Shown: positions 38,001 to 53,135 of the stretch, one piece after another
How the letters are laid out: each line of letters starts with the position of its first letter
How positions within the stretch are numbered: the first letter of the stretch is position 1
Source of the DNA: Monocercomonoides exilis PA203
Lineage: Eukaryota; Protista; Preaxostyla
Length of the DNA: 64,000 bases
NCBI GenBank assembly: GCA_001643675.2
Contig: LSRY02000007.1
Span: 682,001-746,000, forward strand
Direction: 5' to 3'
The notes under the pieces: model-generated
Told to the model about the DNA's origin: nothing
Seen by the model: only the letters and a program-made list of their open reading frames with translations
The model's database searches: none
Position numbers and translations under genes: made by a program

Positions 38001-41000
38001 AAACTTTGAGTTTTCGTCTTCTTCATTTGCAGGCTCTTTTCTTACACACACTCTTGAAGAATAAGAAGAATCTCGACTTCGAAAATTGCTTCTGTTTTGA
38101 TCAGAATCATCTTCTCCGAAAAAGACTCTGTCATAATTCTTAAAGGGAAAGTCGTGCGTTGTGACTTTGATTGCTCCTCCATCAAGCGCAGAAATGCAAT
38201 TCATGAAAGCACAATTGGCGATTTTCCACTCGTCAATGATGTGATCGATATGCAAAACATTTCCGTGCTTGGCCGTAATGTTCTCAAAATGTGTATTGTT
38301 CACTATCACAGAGTCGCAATCTATCGCAGCAATTGTTGCAATTGGACTTGACGTGATATGATTGACGAAACAATTAACAGATAGCTATATTGAGAATATG
38401 TTGTTATTGAATAGGATAATATTCAAGCAAAATAAAAATAATTAAAATATAAAAAATAAAGATTATTCCTTTTAAAATTGGGGAAAAAATGAAATAAATA
38501 CCGGAATAGAAGCTTGTTTTGGCCCTTTTCCTTCTTTCAGAACCACTTTTTCCGCATTCTTCACAACAAGAAGTGCAGATTCTAGTTTGACAATGATTAC
38601 AATTTAGACAAAGAAAGAAAGCAAAAGAGAGAGAAAATTAGCATTTATACATTTAAAAAAATTGTTAAATGATGAAATTGCAAACTTGTTTCTCCATTTC
38701 CTTCAAAAATACAGCTAATAATGTTAAAATCAATCTTTTCATTGACTCCAATGCAGATAAGGCCATCTGCAGTTATTTCTTGGTCCTCTCCAATCATCGT
38801 TCGAGCATTTCTAACATTATTATTTCTGAAACTTTCATCACAAGCGATATGCTTTGATTGACATTCTTCTTTTATACGCGAATTTGTTAAAACATTTCTT
38901 TTATTGTCAATGAAGCAACCACTGAATCGAGATTGCTGTGCAGAAAATGAGCGTTCAATATAAAAGCCTCCTCCATTTTCCATAGCCAAATTTGACAATA
39001 CAGAAACAACATTCACTTCAAAGGAATAATCTTCTGCATCATTACGGTTTCCCTCCTTCACGCAACTCGCTTGTCGCTCAAGCACTTCGCAATTATGATT
39101 AGTGCTGATCGAATCAGAGTCCACAGAAACTTCTTCTGCGTTGTGCTCTCTTTTGATTTTTTGGCTCAAAATTGGGGCTGCTGCATACAAACCTCCGCCA
39201 CGTGCTGCAGCAAAGCATTCAGAAAACATTGTTGATTCCATGTATATCTTTACAACGCGTGGTCCAATCATCATACCACCACCATTTCGTCCTTTGCAGC
39301 TTGATATATAAGCATGTTTCATACAAAGTGTATCAACTTCATCAACAAACAAAGCTCCTCCATCACAGTTTGTATATGAATCATGAAAATAGCACTGCGA
39401 TTCATAGCCAGTATATGGAGGAGAATAACTGCGTTGCATTTTACAGAAGCTATAATCTGCTTCCAAATTTTGCTCAGCAAAAATTTTCAGGTTTTTAATT
39501 CTTCGAAGAGTAACAAGTGAAGCAAAGAAACTTTTAATTGGTTTATCATTTGGCTCAAATGAAGAATTTCGCTTATAAAAACGAGAAGATTGTGCGCGTC
39601 CAATGGAATTTTGTGAATCAATACAACAATCAAAATTCGAGCAGTTGTTATCGTTATGATGAATTGAAGACCTAATTTTTCCGTCGAATTCGCATTTTTC
39701 GAGTTCGACTTTTTCAATTCTATCATCATCATTTTCACTTCTCGGAATAATACAGACAGCTGAACTATTTTCTGCTTCCCCCTTTTCGCAAAAACAAGAT
39801 ACAGCTCGAATACTTTTCTGGCAATAAAAACAATCTCCTGTTGAGAAAGTTGTCTGATCGTTTGTACATTCACCATTATGTTTAGCAGATGCAACTGTGC
39901 AGCCGTAAAATTTAACTTTTTCTAATGTAACAGGGAAAGATTGATCTGACGAGGGATCCACAAAACTATTGGTTCTGCAATTGCAAGAACCTTTTAAGTT
40001 TGCAAGAGACTCTTCAATCAGCAATCCACCTCCATTGCCATTTTCTGCATCAAGAGTAATACAATGCTTAAATGTGACATCGCTCATTGTAACTTTCTTA
40101 ACATCTCCTCCAATCCACACCCCTCCTCCTTTCGGAGCAGATAAATCTTCAAACATTGTTTTCTTAACAATAAGCTCTTCTGCTTTTTCAATACACAATC
40201 CGCCTCCACCAAGATTCAAATCTTCTTCATTTGAACTTTTCAATCGATTATCACTCAAAATAGTTTGAACATTGTTCAAGTTTTCGATGACAACGCAATC
40301 AGCATCAATAATTCGTATAAGAGGGCCTGAAAAGTCAATCGTCTTTGTTGGCGAATATCCAATGAATGTTGAGCCTCTAATTGTGATAGTTGTCAGAGAT
40401 TGATGAAAATGGTCTTGGGCTAATTTTGTAGTATTTTCAGATGGAGAAAATGATGAATTACTATTTTTGTTTAATCCTCTGATAAGAATTCCAGAGGCCA
40501 GAGTTCCACAGCAGTTTGAAATCTCCAGCATCGAAAGAGCTATCTTTTCCACGCCTTCAATTAGCATGCCTCCAACATCACCTAGAGAAACGCCGTTTTG
40601 AATTATCAATCCAAATGCAGTATTTTCATTTATATCATTTTTGCCATATTTTTCGAAACTTTCTAGTTGCTTTAAGTTTTCGATAATTTGGCATTCATGG
40701 ATATTTTTAAGGTATATAAGGGGTTTATCATTCGCAATCTTTGGTGAATTTAGATGACTTTCGACAACTGTTGTGTTATGAATAATCAAAATAACTGATT
40801 GCGTTGAATGAGTCCCATCTACATAAAGAGTTGATCCTGTAGGCTCCATTGAATGATACAATGAGCTATTTATTATTTTGCAGCTTCGTTGAAGATAAAT
40901 TACATCACCATCTGGCACATCAGCTTCAAGAACTTTGCCTATTACTGAATTTTTTGTCATGTTTTTATCAGAAGAGCATTCGTGTTCATTTTGTAGTAGA

Positions 41001-44000
41001 TTTGAATATTTCAACGAAGATGCTCCGCTTTTCTCTTTCTGACACAATCCTCCTCCAGACAATTTTGCTCTGTCAAAAACTATCATTCCTACAGATTCAT
41101 TTTGAGGGTCAATTAATGACGGATCCAAAACCGGAATGAGAAAACATCCACCCGAGCCTTCAACAAAAGTCTTCAAATCTTCCTCTTTATCAGCCAAATC
41201 CTTTTCTTTGTTAGTGTTTTCATCCATAGCTTTTGGATTGTAACTTTCATGATTCAGCAATTTACCGCTCTCTTTGCACTTGCCTTTCTTGCATAAAGTT
41301 TTTGCAAAGCTGACTGTAATGGATTTAATATCTACATCTTTCACTGTGCCGTCAATAAAAATGCTTCCGCCACTAATTGCACACGACCTGTATGTGTTTA
41401 TGTTTCTTGCTGTTAATAATCCAACATTTGTCAGACGGATCATTGCTCCTTCAAGCTCTGTTGCAAACCCATAAAGAAATCTCAGAGAATCCATCGAAGA
41501 ACTTCCCAATTGAACAATTTCAGCACTGTCAATAAGAATAAGCGGTCCGTTTTCTACGTTTTCATTCATTCCGATGGCATCGAGAACGCCATTAAAACTG
41601 CCATATGGAATGACAACAAGACTATACGAAAATACTGCAGAGACACTTTTCGATGACGTATTATCTAAACCTGTAGAAGGTTGAACAGTAATGCAACTTC
41701 CTCTCTTTCCAATCAATGCTGAAAATGTTCCTGAAGCTTCAAATGTATTTCCACTTTCGACAAGAAAACCACCTGCATCCGAAGAGGACCAATGATTTTC
41801 AACTTTTGCAGTATCTGTCTTGCTCATGCAAACTTTAAAATTTTTTATGCCGAACGCATACACAAGCGGAACGTTACATTTATTTTGTTTTTCAACTGCC
41901 CATTTTCCAGAAAATATTACATCCGTACATAAAATACTCTTAGCTGGTCCAACAAAGGTACAGATTGTGCTTACTGCAGACTGCGATTTTACAAAAGTGC
42001 AAGAAGTGATGGTCATATTACGAGCACTCCATACAGCTTCTCCAGAATGAACTCCAAATGTACCTGCTGTGCTTTTGTTTAGAGGTTTTGTATTCGCATT
42101 GAATGATACTTCGCAATTCTCTATTTGTGCACGAACTAATTCAAATGCTGACTTGTCAAAAGTCTCAAGAACTGGAAGACAAATAATTGCTCCTCCTGAG
42201 CCAATCCAATCTTCTTGATTTGCCGGTTCATCTTCAGCGGTGGAATCATGCCTTCTGTCAGAATTTTGTCCATCCAAAACATTATTGCTAGAATTTGTTT
42301 GTCGTCTTTCAGAAACTTCTTCAAGCATAAATTGACTTGATGCAGCGTGGCATGAAGAAATAGTAATGTCTGTAATTGTTGAAAATTGTACATTTGATCC
42401 AATCCAAATTGCTCCACCACTTCGAGCCTTTAGATCTTGAAATGCCGCTCCTTTGATTGTCAATGTTTTTACTTCGTCAATGTTTAGTCCACCACCATCA
42501 GACGCAGATCCGTGATGAATGAACTTACAAAACGCATCGTTCTTATTTACAATATTAACTGACTCAACTTTTCTCACATAAACGAGTGATCCCCCATTTA
42601 CTTTAATTTGTGTATCTTCCAACTTTTCCCCTTGAAACGTACACCCAATAATATTGCACAATGCAGCAGGATCTTCCTCTTCTGTCGAAGGTGTAATGCT
42701 TAGGCAACAGCCTTTTGTTCCATACACTCCCATGAAATCTACAAAACGAACGATCGTTGCATCAACATTCTCGCATTGAATTGCTCCCGCGAGAGATGTG
42801 CTTGTATATTTTTCAAAGGAGCTGATTTGTTTTGTCCCTTGTGAATCTAAAAATTCATCAACTGTGAAATCGTCAGTGTGTACAACGTGTAAAAGTGGAC
42901 TCTGTATATCAATATTAGCCTGATATGAATCAACATCATTCATTAATGATGCTCTTGAAACAATATCTTTCTCCGATCGTGCAAATTTCTTGCTGGAAGC
43001 ATTTAATCGATGCTTTGATGCTCCCAAAGAATTCCCCATAAATTTACAACCAGAAAAATGCACATTGTCGAGTACATTTCCCTCGCTTCCAGTGACATAA
43101 ACAGCAGAACCGCATGTAGTCAATAAAGAAGCACGAAATATGCAGCATTTAGCGAAAAGAGGAACACTCGAAAAAATACAATTGCCTTCATATGCTTCAC
43201 TAACTTCAGAATGTAATGTATATGTGGTTAGGTTTGAAGATGAATTACTCACTGTTTTGGGTAAATTAAAATCTTCATAAAAAGAATGACTTTTGGTTGA
43301 TCTGCTCATCAAGTTCAATGTTTTGTCGGATGCAATGTCATCTCTTGAACCAAAATGTCCATTTAATAAAAGCTGATGATAATCTGCCCCGACAACACAA
43401 TCATCCATCTCACAATTTGTCAGGTAAATAATAGCTTCATTTGCATCGTTTGCGGTTGAAGGATCTTTCGCAGCAAGAATTGCTCCTCCACTTCCTGTAA
43501 TCTGATCATCCGTTAAGTCTTTTGCTGAATGATGCTTCCTGTTGCATTTTGCTTCGTGCAAGCCAACTGTTGAACAATTTGAAAAAGTACAGCTCTCAAA
43601 ATTTGCAATTAGCTTCAATTTGTTTTTGTAATCTTTACCCACTTTTGTGTTATCCTTTGATGCTTTTTTGCTGTTTGTTGTAATTTTCACTTCTTCCTCC
43701 TGGAGGTGAATTGGCGTATGCTCCTTTGTTGAAAAATCTGCAACAACATGTCCATTTTTTATTGATTCGGTTTCATTCTCATTTGAGTGGTGGAATTTGC
43801 TTATTTTCTTTTCATCCAACTGAATTGAAGAGGGAGAAGCTTCTTTTCGGAATACGCAGCAAACTGAACCTCCGCTCGAAGCTGTGAGTTTTGAAAATGT
43901 AACTTTCTCAAGAAGAAGATCAATAAAGTCAGATATCCAAAGAGCAGCGCCTGGAGATGTTGTTGAATGCATGGAAAACTCTGTGAGTGCGATATCATTT

Positions 44001-45676
44001 GAGAGTGCTGGTTCTAAAAGTGAAGACGAATTTGAATCTGATGAACCATTAGAATCAATCAAATTATCGAATGTGATCACAATGTTACTAACACCAGCTA
44101 TAGAAAGCAATGAAGCCGAAGAAAAAGCTGTTTCAAATGATTCATTCGAGTTTGTAGAAGAGGAATATGAAAGAGGCGTCCACCCAACTCCCTTAAAACT
44201 GCAACCTTGGATGCCCAAAGACTGGCATCCACCAGTGATTGTCAGAAATAAGCCGGTTGGTTGGCTGAATGGAGAAGGTGCTGCTGCAGAAAAAATGGGA
44301 GATTCGTCTGCGATGGCGTTTGTGGAAGTACTTGAAGTGGAATGAAATGAGTCTGAATAGTCAGTGGAATGGACAGCAAATGAAGGTGAAATGGAAGAAG
44401 AAGACGCAAGTGATTCTAAAACACATGAACGATTTTCATCTTTCACGAAAAGATTTTGAAATGAATGTGAAATGTGAGAATCTTCAACTTCAAACTCAGT
44501 ACAGATGATAGTTATCTTTTTTGAATAAGACTTCTGAAGATTGTTTTGTGTATGAAAAGGCAAGGTTGAAAAATTGGTAAAAAGGTTTGATGCAGATGAA
44601 GTGAAAGTGTGCTGTGTATGTTTATTAGAAGATGACACAAACAACAGAGAAGTCAGAGAATTGCAAATAGAAAAATGGCACTTTGAAATTTCAACATTTC
44701 GAGGGTCCATCAAACTAATAAGAGAAGCTAAGTCAGAAGATAATTTAACATTTCTTCCAGATGTATCTGAAGTATACTTTAAAGTTAAAGATTTTGCATT
44801 GAAACTGCAGTCTTCAAGGAAAATCAATGAAAACGATTGTTCATTTCTTTCCTTTGATTCAAGAAAATTAATTCCATTAGGAATCGATAGATGGAATAGA
44901 ATTTTGCAGTTGATAACAGAAATCAGTGATTTAGAAGCCTTAATTAAATGAGATTTCACATTAGCGATATCTTCATTTGTATTTAAGAACGTCATTGAAG
45001 TTATAGAAGAATTGGAGCTTTCAAATTGAGACGCTCCAGAATGAGACATTTCTAGATTGGGATCTGGAGCAAATGATACATGCGCTTCGACAACATCCAC
45101 AAGTTGTATTAATGAATTTTCATCTGTGAAATTATTTATTAAGTAAAAAAAACATTCCAAAAACATTGAAAACCTTTAAAAGAGCACTCTTTCAAATAGC
45201 AATTGCTAATGCTTACATATGAACATGTGGCAGTCCGAAAAATTTGGCCTGCAATGCCAACAAAGTTTAAATTCGACAGAACAAAACTATTTTCACAAAT
45301 TTATTGCTTAGAAAAATCAATATAAAAAGATAGCGAACCTTTTAGCATTTCCTATCGATAAAAAAGGATTTGACTCTTCTGAATTTGTAGAAATTTTAAC
45401 ATTATCGTTTTTTCCAGATAATTCCAAAACTTTACCAGGAGAAGAAATTGAAAAGCGTGACTCTTCTTTTAACCACGAATTACTCTCAATGAGAATGGCT
45501 CCGTCGATGTTCCCCTGATAATTAAGAACGTATTTTAATGTAGCGCAAGAAAAATGTTCAGAATCTTCAATGCACTGTTGTTCGTCTTTTCCTGTCTCAG
45601 GATCGATAATAACAATTGAATTTACATTTCTCGCAAAAATAAAGCAAAGCAATATCCAATTCAACAACGACGGCAT
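35089..45676 (-). CDS. Giant type I surface protein with Pmp-like / pectin-lyase-like beta-helix repeats
   Basis: Signal peptide MPSLLNWILLCFIFARNVNS. Many GGAI/GGGL/FxNC motifs across ORFs 38645-45166, 37575-38309 and 35089-37467, separated by short AT-rich intron-like gaps. C-terminal TM (IVTLAVCGTVVMCTIIGLIVFFFC) and a short basic tail. Not all junctions verified. Confidence 0.78.
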
Positions 45677-45856
45677 CCAGGAATCTCCAAAACATAGAAA
45701 GAATCTTGTCCCATTATAAAATGAATTTTCATATTCTTTTTTATTTTTCAAATTTTTCAGTTGCAAAAAAATTAAAGTGTAATAATTAAAAATACCTATT
45801 TCTTTTTTTTAAAATTTTATTACTATGTCACAGATCAAATATTATTTCTCAAAATT

Positions 45857-48800
45857 ATGAAAAAACAATACATAGACAAGTATACAGAAATGCTTGAAGC
45901 ACATCTTAAACAACATGGAAACGATGAATGTGCAGATTGTCATGCATTGAGTTTATCATTTTTATTGCAATGTTTTTTGCAGTTAAGCAAAAATTTATCA
46001 CCTGTTTTTTAAAAAATGATTGTTGCTATTTTAGTACCAAAATGGGCTTCTATAACTTTTGGAGTTTATGTTTGTTTGGAATGTAGCGGAATACATCGAA
46101 GTTTTGGTCCAAATGTTTCATACATGAAAAGTGTCGGAATGGATTGTTGGAGCAAAGAGCAAGCCGAAGTTTAAACATTTATTATTGATCACTTGACAAT
46201 TACCGATTATATGTTTTTTAATGTTAAAATTTATATTATTATTCTACAAAGGCAATGCTGTGTATTGGAAATCTTCGAGCAAACTCTGTTTTAGAAGCCA
46301 CTCTTCCTCGTTCGTTTGTTCGTCCAACAGACAAAACGTGTGCTGATTCTCTTAGTTTTTTTTTTTCAATATGTACTCATTGAAAAAAAGAAAAATGATT
46401 GAGTTTTTGACTCATAAATATATTGACAAACTTTGGGTTCGACGAGATATCACTCTTCCACAATACTATGAAAAAATCGCACCTTTACCTCCGATATCTC
46501 CGCTACTTGCCAGCTTAATTTCCAAAAGACACCGTCTTGATCCGCTTCCTCCAGCAAAGCTTGAAATGTTTGAAAGTGCGAGTAAGAAAAATGACGCAAA
46601 GCATAAATCGGGAAAAGGCGCAAATGATGGCGAATCATCTTCAGGTTCGGCTGATGAGGGAAAAGAAAGAGAGATAGCAAGGCGCCGCAAGCTCAGACGG
46701 CTTCAAAACAGAGGAAAGATACAAGTGTCGAATGTCGATGAAGGGACTGATTCTCCAATGGGCACTCGAGCAAAAGAAAGGGAAGCAACAGAACAATTTG
46801 AGAGAGAGATCGTTCGAGCAGAGAAGAGACATAAAACAAAGCAGACTAAAAGCGAAACTGTTGGAGCTTCAGTAAAGTTGCTCGATGATTTCTTTTCTTT
46901 TGAAGAGAAAAAGGAAACTGAAGATAAAAAGAACACAAAAAAGGACTCATACAATAGAAGAGATTATTTGGAAATAACAAAAGATTCCAGAGGAAAAAGT
47001 GATCGAAAACAAAAGAAGCGTTCTTCACCATCGCCACATTCTCCTTCTTCGACATCTGATTCCCTTTCAGCACAAAAAAACAGACGGCATAAGGACAAAT
47101 CCCGAAAGGATTATCAGCCTTTGGCTGAGGATTCATCAGAAGCGAGTGGCAGAAAGAGGAAGACACGTAATTGCAGAAGCAGTTCTCGGAGCACTTCGGC
47201 TCGTTCATCGTCAAGATCAGCATCGACAAATACAACAACGACAACTGCTTCTTCTTCTCATTCTTCTCATTCTTCTCATTCTTCTCATTCTTCTCATTCT
47301 TCTCATTCTTCTCGCTCTTCTCGCTCTTCTCGCTCTTCTCGCTCTTCTCGTTCTTCTCGTTCTTCTCGTTCTTCTTCTCATTCTTCTTCTTCTTCTTCTT
47401 CACGTTCAAGAGTCAGTTCCCGTTCACAGTCATCATCTTCTAATTCATCACATTCATCCTCTTCTTCATCGTCATCTTCATCTTCATCCAGACATAAGCT
47501 TACCAAACGCAAAGAAATCGAGTCAACAAACCAGTTTTTTGAAGAAACTAAAATCAAACAAGATTCCTTTGACATCCGAAATTCTCGCAAACAAACGGAA
47601 AAAAGCAGGAAAAAACTGAAAGATGCTTCGATATTTGTGGACTCTGAACTGACTGTACCTGACATTCAGGTTAATGCTGTGTCAAAGAATAAGCGAATAC
47701 ACAAAAAAGAAGAAAAAGACAAAAAGAAATTGGAATCAAGAGAAATTCAAGAAGAGATAGAAGATGTTGAAGAAACAGTTCCTGATGTTAAAGTCAAATA
47801 TGAGGATGAGAATAAACCTTCATCAAAACAGATAGAATCGTTCCTTCCTCAAACAGACACTTCCATTCTGGACGATTTCTTTGCTTCAACACAAACTCCA
47901 TCATCTTCATCTTCATCATCGTCATCTATATCTTCTTCTTCTTCTTCTTCTCATTTTTCATCTCCTCGTCCAATTTGCGACATTGCAACTTCTTCTTCTT
48001 CGTCTTCTTCTTCCTCCTCAGCACGTGACGAATATGTTTCTCTTTCTCCCTCTGCTTCCACATTGGATGTCCAGCAATCCCTTCTCCCAGTGAACGGAAT
48101 GATGAACGCTGCGATTTCGATGCCTGCTTTTTCTCCAACACTCCACCACACCCAGTTCCCTCAGTCTCCTCAGTCTCCTCTTTCTGTTTCTCCTCATCAA
48201 GGTTATGTGCCATTGTCCTCTCCTTCCATTTCCCCAAGTTCTTCTCCTTCTCCCTCAGGCTACATCTCCATGTCACCTCTCACCGAGGGAATAGAAGCTG
48301 CCTCGCCGTCTGCTGTCTCCTTCACATCCCATCCTCTTTCGATGTCTTCTGCTTCTTTTGCTTCTTCTTCTGTTTCTTCTGCTCCTTCTCTTCCTTCTCG
48401 TCAGACGACTCTCGAGCCAAGCCCTGCTCTTCAGCCAATCTCTATAAATACTGAACCTAATCGTGTTCAGTCATTAACAAGACTTGAGGCACAAACACTA
48501 CAAACAGAACAGCTTTCGCATGTTGTTCGTTCTGATATGCCACCTCCAAACACTCGCCTTCCCAAGCAACCTCATTTACAGCAGCAGCAGCAGTATCTGC
48601 AGCAACAACAATCTCAATCATATCCTCAACTGCAGCCTCAATCAATGCTATTGAATGAAGCAGAGCAGAAGACAGTACAGACGCACAGGCAAACAGGTAC
48701 CCGGGGCTCTTCTTTGCTATCTTCGCTGTCTTCTTTCTTATCCTCGCTGGACATCAAAAACAAATTGATGAACACATTTTCTGAGCAAACATCGCATTTT

Positions 48801-50270
48801 GTGCCGAAAATGAGCAGCATCAATGACCCTATGCCGCCCGCCAACCAATCTCAGACAACACAAATTGAACAACCTCGACAGAATAGCGGAAACAAACTAC
48901 AATCTTCTTCTTCTTCTTTTCTTCAGTCAACTGATTCACAGCAGGGAAAACCAATCACTGCAACAACTGATGGATCATTGGCAGCTCCAGTTTTAGCACA
49001 AAAAGCACAGCAAAACGTGGTTATTTCATCTCCCATGCCTCAATTCAGTGAAGGAAGCAAAACTCAATCTGAATCACCTGTATCATCGGCATATCCAGAT
49101 TCACCACCTCCGACGCTTTTGAAGCGAAACCACCAAGTTTCTTCGACTCGTAGCACAGCGCAATTTCAATCTGCAAATACAGAAGGTGTTGAAAGTGATG
49201 ATGTTCAGCAGCTGCTGGATGTATTCTTCAGCTCTTCTTCTTCTTCTGCACATTCTTCATCATCATCAACATCATCTTCTTCTTCTGCTTCCTCGTTCAC
49301 TGATTCGTCTCCAACGCTTTCTTCAGAGTTGAACGGCTCTCATCCATCCACTCCTGAGTTTTCTGTTGTGTCTCCAATTATGAATGTGCAACATTCAGCG
49401 AATCAATCCTTTGATGCATCTAATGCTTCTTCCTCCTCTTCTTCTTCTTCTTTCTCTTCATCTTCGTCTTCCTCTTCTTCCTCCTCTTCTTCTTCAACAA
49501 ATTCCTCTGTTACCACTCCTGGTTCATCGTTTTCTTCATTTTCTTCACCTTCAGACTTCTTTGCTTCAATTTCAAGAAACTCCTCAACTTCACCATCTTC
49601 TGTATCATCACCTCTGAGTGATCAAGACTCCCTTCTTTCTCCAGCTCAGCCTCCTCTTGTTCCTATTCAGGGCTCTCTATCAATTGCTTCGTCATCATCA
49701 TCATCATCTTCTTCTTCTTCTGATCCTTCGTATTCTTCTATTCCTTCTTCATTCTCTTCATTCCCTCAGGTTTCTCTTTCCCCTCTTCCTTGTCCGTCGC
49801 CTTCGACAACTCATCTCATGTCTCATCAGCATCAGATCAATTCTTCATCATCTTCTTCTTCCTCTTCTTCCTCTTCCTCTTCTTCCTCTTCTTCTTCCTC
49901 AAACCCTTCATTTGTCTTGTCTTCATACACCTCTCCTTCTGCTGAGTCTAAGCCTGTTGTGCATGCCTCGTACTCCTCACTCGACTACTCCCTCCCAATC
50001 TCCCTGACAATGACTCATCAGCCAGATACTTCACAGGGCTCTTTTCTCAGCTCTCCTCAGCTTTCTTCAGATTCCCCTTCGTTTTCATCGCCTTCCGCGT
50101 CTGAGAATCGCACACAGGTTTCCTCCAGTGTTAATGAAAACACCTCTTTTTCAAATACCAATTGCACTCAACAAACAGAACAGACTAATTCTGATGAAGG
50201 AGCAGCAAGCAAAGTTGAGACGAAGCGGAACTCAACTTTACAAAATGACATATTGTCGTTGTTCGACTAA
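45857..50270 (+). CDS. ArfGAP (SMAP/AGFG-like N-terminal zinc finger) with a long Ser-rich disordered tail
   Basis: Spliced N-terminus GNDECADCHALIPKWASITFGVYVCLECSGIHRSFGPNVSYMKSVGMDCWSKEQAEAMLCIGNLRAN...EFLTHKYIDKLW (CxxC-x16-CxxC plus catalytic Arg); three introns precede the 1299-aa ORF. Confidence 0.92.
47253..47369 (+). repeat. Coding 9-bp tandem repeat (TCTTCTCAT)6(TCTTCTCGC)4(TCTTCTCGT)3
   Basis: Directly visible; encodes SSH then SSR repeats. Confidence 0.9.
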
Positions 50271-50539
50271 AGCACTTCGTTTTGTGTTATAAGAAATTTT
50301 TTATTGATTTATTTATTCATTTCGTTGAGGGAGAAAATTTCAATTTTAAATTTCAGTTTTTTAATAAAGCAATTGTGTTTGTCGAGCCTTGCTCAGCAAC
50401 AACATTTGCCTGTTGGAGAAGCACCTTTAAAAAAGTTATTGAAAATGAAAAATTAAACATGTAATTTATAGTAATAAATTTGGTTAAAAACATGGGAATT
50501 TATTAAGAATAATCTTCCCAAAAAATATGAGCATGAAAA

Positions 50540-52630
50540 ATCAACAGCAAAATTTTTCTCATAGAAGATTAGTATTTTATCTTTTGTCGTCGAAATACGG
50601 AAAGTGTCCTATTTGCAGATTGAAAATAATGAAAATTGTGCAGAAAGAAGATTTCTGAGTCTCCGATGTCTTCAAAGCAGGACTGATTTCATAAGGCTCC
50701 TTCAACGGATCAGTGAGGGTCAAAACTGGAAAAGAGCATTGGAATCAACGTTATTCACTGGAAAAATAGAAAAAAAAATATCTCTGTTGAATATCATTGC
50801 ATGTAAAAAAATATTTGCATAATTACAAAGGAACGAAGGTTAAGCATAGAGCAAATACAGTTTGGTGTTGTATGTTAATTAATTTCAATTGTTTCTTTGA
50901 AATCATCAAAGCAGCTTAATTGGCTCTTTTGAGAAAAAGAGAGAGAAATAGAAAATCAAACAACGAATAATCGTGAAAAGGAAAGGAGGAGAGGACAGGA
51001 TGCCATCAAACGTTAAAGAAATAGTGGAAAACTGAGAAATCGAAAAAGAAGAATAAATTATGAGATGCAGAGCGCAGACAACAAATAACAGGAAAACATG
51101 AATGATCAGTTTCATTGCGTGAGGAAGAGGCAGAGTCAAAAAGAGAAAGAAGCTGTGTTTGAGAAGATGTTCGACTAACTTGCTGAAATTCAGTGAAAAA
51201 ATTTTGGAGACGAGAGTGATGAAAATGTGGAAGGTCTGGATGATAATTCTCAAAATTACGACATTTCAACTTATATCATTTCATTCTTCTCATCAAGCCG
51301 AGGACATTTCACATTTTTTTTCGTTTATTGAATCAGAGTCCCTTCATGAAAGTGACTGTTACAGGCTTCCAAATCCATCTTTTCGGTTTGAAGAGTTAAA
51401 TGTGTAAACCAACATATTCTTCTCTTCTATGAGCTCATAATCGTCATCATCATCATCTTCTTCTTCCATTTCAAATTTGAAGAAAGAAAACAATAAAGTT
51501 TCTCAGCTGGCTTCTCCATCAAACAGTCATCTCACTTCTTCGTCTGTTCATTCCACCACCTTGGCATCAATCATCCAATCCTTTTCCGCATCGCCAGCAA
51601 TAACCTCTGTCAAATTCTTTTTTTGGATTGTCTCACAATTTCATGTTTCAGTCTCCTCAAAGGAATTGTGAGAAATTTTGGATGGATGATAACACGGACC
51701 GGCAAACACAATTGAATGCTCCGCGATGGCCAAATGTGCCTTCATAAAAATCAAATGAAGAGGAAAGGAAAAAGCCGAAGACGAAGAAGGAAGAATTCGT
51801 TGCACATTCATTTTCAGTTAGTTGGCCTGCTTTGCTTTGGAAAGAAAATATATGATAACTGAAGTAGACAAAGTGGAGATTGCAGAGAAAGATAAGTCGA
51901 ATCATGTTTCTGTGATTTGAGAATGCAACGAAAGCATCAGTGTGCTTGAAGTGTTGCACAATTCAACGAAATGACTGAAGACAAAGATGAGTTCTAATGA
52001 AGTGAGCTGACTGTATCAAAGAGGCACTGAGGAGGAACTGCATGTTTATGAGGTGACAGAAATCGTCCAACATCATTGGAAACATTGAAACCTCATTCTG
52101 CTGCCTATCAATCTGTTTGGAAGATTTTTATTTTCTAATAATTTTACGATGAAATTTTGGAAGAAGTTATTGCGAATGGATTTCATTTTTGCAGAGAGGC
52201 AAGAAGAGATTGCATCGACGAAATGGCTCATATCCTTGGAGTTTTGTTTTAATAATTGTTGATTGATGAGTAAAGAATTTATTTTGCTCCAAAGAACTTT
52301 TAAAGATATATTTAAAGCAGTAGTGGGGAACGGAGCAGCGAAATTTGTAGACTTGCTGAATAGCGGAACAGCTGATGTTGTTTTTGAGGAAATTCAAAGA
52401 CCAAAGGTGAATGACAAAATGGAATCTGAGCGCCTGACTGTTTTGAAGATTGTTTGAAGACGATTGAAAGGAAAGTCTGTTGTTAAAATGGACAAAGCGA
52501 AACGAAGGCACACAACAAGAAAAATAGCCAAAAAGATGGGAGAAGGAAAAGAGGAAGGATTTGTGGAATTGGACTATCAAACAATACTCAAAGAAAGAGA
52601 GAGAAAATGCAATATTTGCCAATGAGTGTT
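50540..52630 (+). pseudogene. Decayed member of the expanded hypothetical family
   Basis: Fragments SGTADVVFEEIQRPKVNDKM (cf. SGVFDLCLDEIQQPTMEDKI) and TRKIAKKM (cf. TKRKIAAKM), broken by many stops. Confidence 0.55.
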
Positions 52631-53135
52631 CAAAAGGAATTTTTTTTGAAGATGATGCATTGGAAGAGATGAATGGCAGAAAAGAGGGGAAATGATCTTT
52701 TTTATTGTTTGGATCGCATTTAGCAAAAATATTTCAGGAGGTTTGAGGAGGGCAATTATTCTTCATTGGGGAATGCATGAAACAATTCTGAAGAAAACGA
52801 GTGATGCGATAAATATACAAATTATTATTGATTGATAACTACATACATATTTGTAAAATACATGGAAATGGTGATGTGATTGCAAAAAGAAAAAGAACCA
52901 AAACAAAAACAAAAAACGCCAACATTGAAAATGAAACAACCATTTCAGACATATCTTCAATTGCAACACAAATCCGACATCCCCAACCCTCATTAATTCA
53001 GCCATCGACAAGAATTGTTACAATGATTGGCATTGACAAACCATTCTGTTTCTCCTTTTCCTTCTCCTTCTCCTTTGCTTCAACCAAAATATCAGCATGA
53101 CTTCATCTGCACATTTTTCCTCCCTCCAATGGTCA

